From positions 42,160,001-42,224,000 of the forward strand of contig OX597819.1 in NCBI GenBank assembly GCA_951406725.2: a stretch of 64,000 nucleotides of DNA, in the 5' to 3' direction. The notes beneath the pieces are model-generated. The model was not told where the DNA came from. It searched no databases and saw only the letters and a program-made list of their open reading frames with translations. This stretch comes from Octopus vulgaris (lineage: Eukaryota). Every line of letters begins with the position of its first letter. The stretch's first letter is position 1. Position numbers and translations under genes: made by a program. Below are positions 56,831-64,000 of this stretch, one piece after another.

Positions 56831-57323
56831 TGTATGTATGTATGTATGTATGTATGTATGTATGTATGTATGTATGTATGTATGTATGTATGTATGTATG
56901 TATGTGTGGTTGTTCGGTAAGAAATTGTCGAACCCTCATACGTCGTCTAACGATGGTAGAATCCATTATGTATGTATATATGTATTTGTGTATGTCTATG
57001 TGTGTGTGTGTGTGTATGTGTATGTGCATGAATGTCTGCGTATATCTTTTACCTTTTACTTATTTCAGTGCTTGAACACTGCTTAAAGACTTTTTAGTCG
57101 AGTGAATCAATCCCAGCACTTATTTTTATTCAAGTGCAGTACTTATTCTGCCGGTCACTTTTGCCGAACTGCTAGCATACGAGGACATAAACATACCAAC
57201 TCCGGTTGACTAACGGTGGTGGGGACAAGCACAGACACAAATACACGCATATGTGTATGTATGTATGTATGTATGTATGTATGTATGTATTTATGTAAGT
57301 ATGTATGGAGGTATGTATGTATA

Positions 57324-57632
57324 TCTTTATATATAAAACTTAAGTTGTGTGTGTGAGAGTCTGTCTACTCCGATTTAGATTCCTAACTACTCCCACATTT
57401 TGCGGCGCAGTTTAACCAAAAGCGGGTATCTTATAGTCGTGATTCATATCGAGCCCTTCTGGGTATTAGCGCGCGTCTACGATGAGTCTACGATTAAAAA
57501 AAAAAAATTACCATAATTTTTTCGTTTTTTTTAATGCATTTTTTACTCGGTTTTATATAAGGGAAGTAACTCTCTAAAAATGCTTATATAGTTATTTCCC
57601 TTACAAACCCGAGCAACGCCGGGCGATACTGC

Positions 57633-57635
<3 letters not shown>
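57324..57635 (+). mobile_element. Non-autonomous Helitron
   Basis: A|TC...CTAG|T ends; subterminal GC-rich hairpin cccgagcaacgccggg. Confidence 0.8.
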
Positions 57636-57700
<65 letters not shown>

Positions 57701-57949
57701 CATTCAACCACGGTGGTATTTGAACAATATTCTCAAGGCCACAATTTACTCATACGCAGCGTCTTTCAGAGGTTGTCGCGAATTCAGTTCTTAACTGAAT
57801 TGAAAACTGTTAACATTTTTGAGGAGGACTAGTCCCTACTTATGTTTTGGTATTTAAACAAATTGAGATTTGGTCCAGGAGAAAAAGGTTTATATCAAAG
57901 TTCGTAGCAACTTTAGATCTAAATAACATTTTTTATTTTAAAAGCAAAA

Positions 57950-58245
57950 GCTTCAATGATATTATTGCAGCCCCTATTTGTTCCACGTACTTCTCAAGAT
58001 TTTTGCTCACTGTTCCCAGAGCTCCGACAATTATTGCTACTACTGCTACCTTTTTCATCGACGACAACTGCTTAACTTCCCAAGTTAACCTGTCATATCT
58101 ATCGACTATTCTTTCTTCCTTGTCGCATACCTTGTCAGCTGGGCATCTATATCTATGATCCAGCAGAGTTTGTTTTCTTTCTCAATCAAGATGGCTTCTT
58201 ATTATCTGTCTCATGGTCGCACTGAATCATAAAATCCCATTATCA
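57950..58245 (-). pseudogene. R4/Dong-like non-LTR retrotransposon remnant (restriction-like endonuclease region)
   Basis: ILIEKENKLCWIIDI/CPADKVCDKEERIVDRYDRLTWEVKQL...VVAIIVGALGTV; abuts a (TAA)n tract. Confidence 0.7.
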
Positions 58246-58247
58246 TG

Positions 58248-58280
<33 letters not shown>

Positions 58281-58310
58281 ATTCTTCTTCTTCTTCTTCT
58301 TCTTCTTCTT

Positions 58311-58424
<114 letters not shown>

Positions 58425-58585
58425 GCGCTGTCAGAATCATAAGCACACCGGCCCAAATGCTTAGCGGGATTTCGTCCGTCCTTACATTCTGAGTTCGAAT
58501 TCTGCCGAGGTTGACTTTGCCTTCCAATCCTGTTAAGGTAATCGACTCACCCAATCTCCGAAATTGATGGCCTTTTACCAAAATT
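58425..58585 (+). mobile_element. tRNA-SINE family B, degenerate
   Basis: ctgagttcgaattctgccgaggttgactttgcctt. Confidence 0.75.
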
Positions 58586-58622
58586 TCAAACCACCACCGC
58601 CACTACCACCACCACCACCACC

Positions 58623-58656
<34 letters not shown>

Positions 58657-59016
58657 TCACCATCATCATCATTATCATTATCCTCCCCTCCTCCCCCTCC
58701 TCCCCCTCCCCCTCCTCCCCCTCCCCCTCCTCCTCATCATCACCATCATCATCATTATCCTCCTCCTCCTCCTCCTCCTCATCATCATCATCACCATCAA
58801 AAGAAGATGATGAAGAAGGAAAATGACGGAGAAAGAAAAAGACGAAGAAAAAGTTTAATTGTGTAGGAAATAAGACAAAATGTGGACAGGTGTTGCGGAT
58901 GTAATTCTAGGTAGATTTGGTTGCACTTTCCGGCAAGTGGAACAGCCATTTAGAGGTTTTCATTTCATTGCCTCCTAAATGGTAATGTTTATATGGAATG
59001 AAATAAAATATCTTAC

Positions 59017-59151
59017 CATAAAAAATGGGACAGACTTTCCGCCATATTTTAAACGGTCCACAACGATGGAATTGTCCCAGACAAAGTTCCATGTAGAACA
59101 TTGGTAAACCCAGAAAGAGAAGCATGAGGAAGTAGGGAACCAAGAAGGCAC
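59017..59151 (-). CDS. SLC6A4: SERT-like exon, TM2: [45 protein letters not shown](G)
   Basis: 135 nt; acceptor tctctgcag|GT, donor G|gtaag; GQFHRCG resembles invertebrate SERT. Confidence 0.95.
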
Positions 59152-59600
59152 CTGCAGAGAAAGAAATTGAGAAAAACATTATTATTGCATCTTATTTACA
59201 AAAGTACCAAAGTAAATTACAAGCATCAAATAAAAATAAACGAGGTGTTGTGATGTTCATGACGTTTTATTTATCAAAAATATTAGTAATGTAAGTGAAT
59301 TGTGTATAGGCAGGGATTGAACCTGTGTGCTTACATTTTATACTACGTCAACCGGCCGCCCGATCTATTTCTCGTGTCAGTGTGAATAATAAAGCGGTGA
59401 ATTACTCGAAGCGTTAGAGAGTATGGTTAAGTACCTTGTGGTGTTAGCTTCGAGTCTCGACGCCCAAATCCCGAGATCAGTCAACCGTGGAGGCTTTCAT
59501 GCTTTCGACGTCGCAAAGTATCTTCTGTTATTTGTTTATTTTGTGATGAGCGATTTCAGGATTGTCTAAATGATCAAGTAATAAGTCATCATCATCATCA

Positions 59601-59637
<37 letters not shown>

Positions 59638-59970
59638 TGTCTCCATCGCCGTCATCATCGTTATCGTATTCATCGCCGACGTCGTTATCGCTGTCGTTTT
59701 ACATCCATTTTTCCATGCTTGCATGGGTCAGACGGAATTTATTGAGGAGATTTTCTACGACCGGATGCCCTTCCTGTCACCAACCGTAACCTGTTTCCAA
59801 GCAACGTAATATTTGCCCACGACCAGGGATGTTTACGAAGAAGATTGTAAATGAAGGACACCGTTTGAATGAAAGTGACACCCCTTTCTAAATATCACGT
59901 CATACCAAGACGAGACACACACATTCACACACACACATGCATACCCCGCACGTACACCCACATATGTAAG

Positions 59971-60357
59971 ACAGGCTTCTTTCAGTTTCTTATTTCTTTA
60001 TTACCCACAAGGGGCTAAACATAGAGGAGACAAAAAAGGACAGACAAATGGATTAAGTCGATTACATTGACCCCATCGCGTAACTGGTACGTAATTTATT
60101 GACCTCGAAAGGATGAAAGGCAAAGTCGACCTCGGCGGAATTTGAAATCAGAACGTAAGGGCAGACGAAATACCGCTAAGCATCTCGCCCGGCATGCAAA
60201 CGTTTCTGCCTTTCAGTTTCTATCAACCAAATCTCCTCACAAGGCATTGGTTAGTTTGAGGCTATAGTACAAGACACATGTCCAAGATGCCGCGCCATGG
60301 AGCTGATCTCGAAATTATGTGATTGGGAAGTAAAGTCTTAAACCACACAGCCACACC
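59971..60357 (-). mobile_element. Family A SINE head interrupted by a family B SINE (59991-60209)
   Basis: 12-bp TSD ctttcagtttct at 59979-59990 and 60210-60221. Confidence 0.85.
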
Positions 60358-62098
60358 TGGATCTCTAATATGTAGTTAAACAAATTAGGACGTGGTTGTA
60401 GGAAAACAAAAGCTATAATGTTTTGTCTGAAATTCATTCCGAAAATAAAATATTCATGACGGGAAAATGGAGGTAGGGATCTTCTTTGACCAAAAAATTA
60501 TAAAGTTTCTGGCGTGGGACCACAAAAATATCCCGTAAAAAATGAAGTATAAATACAGTCATCCGTTAGTACCTAGCGAGTATGACTTGTTAAAATGTAC
60601 GATGCTCTCGTTAATTATTGTAGGTGTCCGTGTGGTCATGAGTAGATACAGACACCTCTTGGACTCATCCCTCCTCTTTGACTCTGTAGTAGATGCTCGG
60701 TGTTGCAGCTGGAGGGAAGTAGGGTAACGCCAACATCCTAACGGTACTCATTTCAGTTGAGCAACATGATATTGAAAATACAAAGCGTTGCACGACCCAG
60801 GAACCGAACGTTCTATCTTGATAATGTGAGCCGAACGCATTAAACTCTAGGCCACGTGCTTTTACCGACAATAAAGATAAACAATGCATAGAGCAACAAA
60901 ACATGAAACATAACCAAACGTCTAAAGTAGAAATTGTTTTCAGTTTTCAGAGAGTTCAGCGCTTGTGTCTTAAGAGCTGCTGAGGAAAGGAGAAGTCGCG
61001 ATGAGAAGGGTGGGGGGAGAAAAAGCAACAGCATAAACTAAGTAAAAAGTCAAAAGTAAATAGAAAATAGGAAATGGAGAAATGAGTAAACTATTCAGAT
61101 GTAAACAACAGGAAACGGAGATGACGAGAATGTGTGGCTTGGCTGTAGAAACGATCCACAGAATAGAGAAGGTGTCTTGGGAATGATTAACAACAGATAC
61201 GAATAAATAGGTAAGTAAAACGCCAGGATTTACATCTAACATACACAATATACAGGAAGTAGTACAATAAGGTATTGTATACACATTACGTAAAGTACAT
61301 CCGAACCTAGATATACACCCCACATCCGAACCTATGTACATCACGTCCAAGCAATTGTACCGATGGCAGAGCAAATATGATATTGTTTCTGATTTAGACG
61401 AAAGGTCAGCTATTCACAGAGGAAGAGAATTATTCGATACCATTCGACACAGAACCACATTGGTAAGATATATTATCGACCACAGAGGGATGAAAGACGA
61501 ACTTGATTTGGGCGGAATTTGAATTCAGAACGTAAAGAGCTAGATTAAAAACTGCATTTTTATCGATGCCTTAACGATAATCCATCGCTCTAAAGCAGAA
61601 AAAATACGACTCGTATGTTTCATAGGGTCCTTGCACATATAACATCCCGTACGGACAATAGCATTGCTAGGTTCTACAAATATATTACGTAGACATACAT
61701 ACAATAGGCCTCACACTTAGTACGAATAAGAAATGCAACTATATTATACACAGCACACAAATAAGTAAACACGCAGCACAACATAAAGCCAATAGCACAA
61801 CATACAGACAATAGCACAACATACAGCAAATATTGGTTTCCAAAATTTTAGCACAAGGCCAGCGATTTGGTGCGAGAGAGTAAGTCGATTACATCGACTC
61901 AAGTCTTCAACTGTTAGTAGTGTATCGAAACCCCGAAAGGATGAAAGGCAAGGTGGAATTTAAACTCAGATCGCTAATATAGGAGAAACGCTGAGGATTT
62001 TACCCGACTTAACAATGATTCTGCCAGTTCGCCACCCTGATATAGATTAAAGTTTGTTTTTCTGCTTACTTATACAAAAAAAAAGCAATTTTCCAACA

Positions 62099-62340
62099 CA
62101 GTAATCCGTCGCCATATTGTGGTTCACCTATCGCTGTTCACCTATCGCGGTTCACCTATCGTGGTTTATTACTTAAGCTTGCGTCGATTCCTCCGTGGTG
62201 TTCTTTTACATTTATAATAAAATAAATATATACAAATTATAAAAAAAATACAGTACAGTTTCTACTTCACGTATTTTTACCTGTGGCGGGTGGGGGTGGG
62301 GGTTTGGAACGTAACACCCGCGGTAGTCGAGGGATTATTG
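62099..62340. mobile_element. pogo/Tigger-like MITE
   Basis: Ends cagtaatccgtcg / cgagggattattg-TA; internal 14-bp triple repeat gttcacctatcg. Confidence 0.65.
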
Positions 62341-62392
62341 TAATCTGAAGGGTTACTTCTATACACTGGTAGAATACAAATTTATCATTCTT

Positions 62393-62522
62393 AAACAAGA
62401 ACACTAATGACAACGACTTCGAAGTTTCAACCAGCTAAGCCATCATCGAACTGTGGCTTAGAAGACCATCACTGGTTTAGCTGGCCGAAACTTCGAAGTC
62501 ACTATCAATAATATTCTTGTTT
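62393..62522. repeat. ~50-bp imperfect inverted repeat carrying hammerhead stem III motif GAAACTTCGAAGTC (PLE-like)
   Basis: 62393-62442 matches the reverse complement of 62473-62522. Confidence 0.7.
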
Positions 62523-62954
62523 AATAACAGTATACTCGAAAACTATTTAGCGCTTTTGCCTTTTTCAGAGATTCACCATGAATGACTTCTTATATAGAAT
62601 ATATGTACCTTTTATGTACATGTGAGTTAGTTGGGGGAAAAAATCTGGAGTTGACTTTGGTTTCTTGGGGTGCCCTCTTTCCAAAACCCAAGAAATCAGA
62701 GTCAGCTCCAGATTTTTCCCACAACTCACACATATATAAAAGGTAAGCATCTTCTATCAGAAATCTTTCATGACGAATCTCTCACAAGGACAAAAGCAAT
62801 AAACAAATGGTTCTTATTCAAACCCTGACCACCTCCTTTTTCTGTGCACCATTTCAAACAATCTGCACATACATACATACATACATACATACATACATAC
62901 ATACATACATACATACATACATACATACATACATACATACATACATACATACTA

Positions 62955-63465
62955 GTTATCGAGTATGGCCATTGCACGAAGCTTAACTGTTATTGGTGCT
63001 GTGATCGAATGTGACTTTTTAGCCCAGCTAAAGATCTACAATGTCTTGTACAGAATTGGCAGCTAAAACCTTTACCGGTAATAGCCGGCTGTAGTTGTAA
63101 CTGGGCTTCATGTACCTTTGCATGTCGTTTAAGTCCTCCTGCCGAATTACACTCTCTTCCACATGCCTGACAGATATGATTAGTATGGTGTGTAACACCA
63201 CCAGTGGCCAGGTTGTCACTCATCTGTCTCGCTTTATGACTACGAAGATGACTCTTGAGTCCAGCTTTACTGAGGCAGGGTCTTGCACAGATACTGCATG
63301 TCAGCATCATAGGAAGACCCTTCCCATCTGGAAGTGTAACAGCGATGCTCTTCCTGACATCCCTCTTTACTTTCTCATGCGCAACTCGAGATTTCTCAAA
63401 AGTAGCTGTCCCCTCGTGCACAATCCTTCTCCACCTGCTACGATCAATAGCTATGCCTTCTTGTA
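62955..63465 (-). mobile_element. 5'-truncated RTE-type LINE 3' end: open ORF C-terminus with three C2H2 zinc fingers, 3' UTR and (TATG)n flanks
   Basis: AIDRSRWRRIVHEG (RTE C-terminal motif), then CSIC..HLRSH, CQAC..HAKVH and CQFC..HIRSQH, stop at 62990. Confidence 0.8.
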
Positions 63466-63729
63466 TACATACATACATACATACATACATACATACATAC
63501 ATACATACATACATACATACATACATAGTGAATCCAAACAAGGAAGAACAAACAAGAAAAAAACAATAACACGAGGACGTGGTACAAGTACTGTGTTATC
63601 AGGCGCTCAGGAAAGGAAAGACAAGAAAGGATTTCACGTTTCGAGCAAAGCTCTTCATCAGAAATATAGGTAAGTCCAAGAAAGGGAGGAGAGAGGAAAA
63701 AAATAGCCAACGATACACAATTAGTTACA

Positions 63730-63760
<31 letters not shown>

Positions 63761-64000
63761 CATACATACATACATACATACATACATACATACATACATG
63801 TTCAGGTTTATGCCTGTAACTATTGGCACACTGGGATACGTAACACACTGTCTAAGCACCAATCTTTAGAAATTAAGTTTCTCAAAACCAGAAAGGAGAA
63901 AGTTGATCCGATGACTACTGATGTGAGCCATCACTAGAACTGTAAAATTTTGTAAAACTTTCCAGAAGTTTATCATTTAAGCGTATATGCGAATGTCTAG

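Noticed and set aside
62990-63541. Host C2H2 zinc-finger gene
   Set aside because: No TGEKP linkers, an RTE motif upstream, a 3' UTR shared with another repeat, and the predicted start lies in a microsatellite.
59152-64000. Expected first coding exon (TM1, GNVWRFPY)
   Set aside because: Not found by eye; probably beyond the window, so the D98-equivalent residue cannot be assessed.

Overview
AT-rich, extremely microsatellite- and repeat-dense animal genomic DNA. The SINE families and repeat landscape look like an octopus (coleoid cephalopod) genome; this is an inference from recognising the repeats. The window lies inside one minus-strand gene for an SLC6/NSS Na+/Cl--dependent monoamine transporter, most similar to serotonin transporters (SERT/SLC6A4). 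I traced nine GT-AG coding exons (135, 223, 139, 135, 104, 125, 113, 129 and 100 nt; 1203 nt = 401 codons, in frame, TM2-TM10). The TM1 exon and the C-terminal exons were not found and probably lie outside the window. Several binding-pocket positions look more like NET/DAT than SERT. The introns, one of them 33 kb, hold at least four tRNA-SINE families and several Tc1/mariner elements and MITEs. They also hold piggyBac-, pogo- and Helitron-type non-autonomous elements, RTE, Tx1/L1 and R4/Dong LINE remnants, and Penelope-like (PLE) remnants with degenerate hammerhead-ribozyme motifs. Most notable: (1) a TSD-flanked tRNA-headed short element with a hammerhead-like motif and Penelope-type inverted end; (2) a (TATG)n-embedded RTE family with three C-terminal C2H2 fingers plus its bipartite non-autonomous partner; (3) a perfect 52-bp hairpin; (4) inverted repeats flanking individual exons. 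Almost all other ORFs in the supplied track are microsatellite or SINE artefacts.
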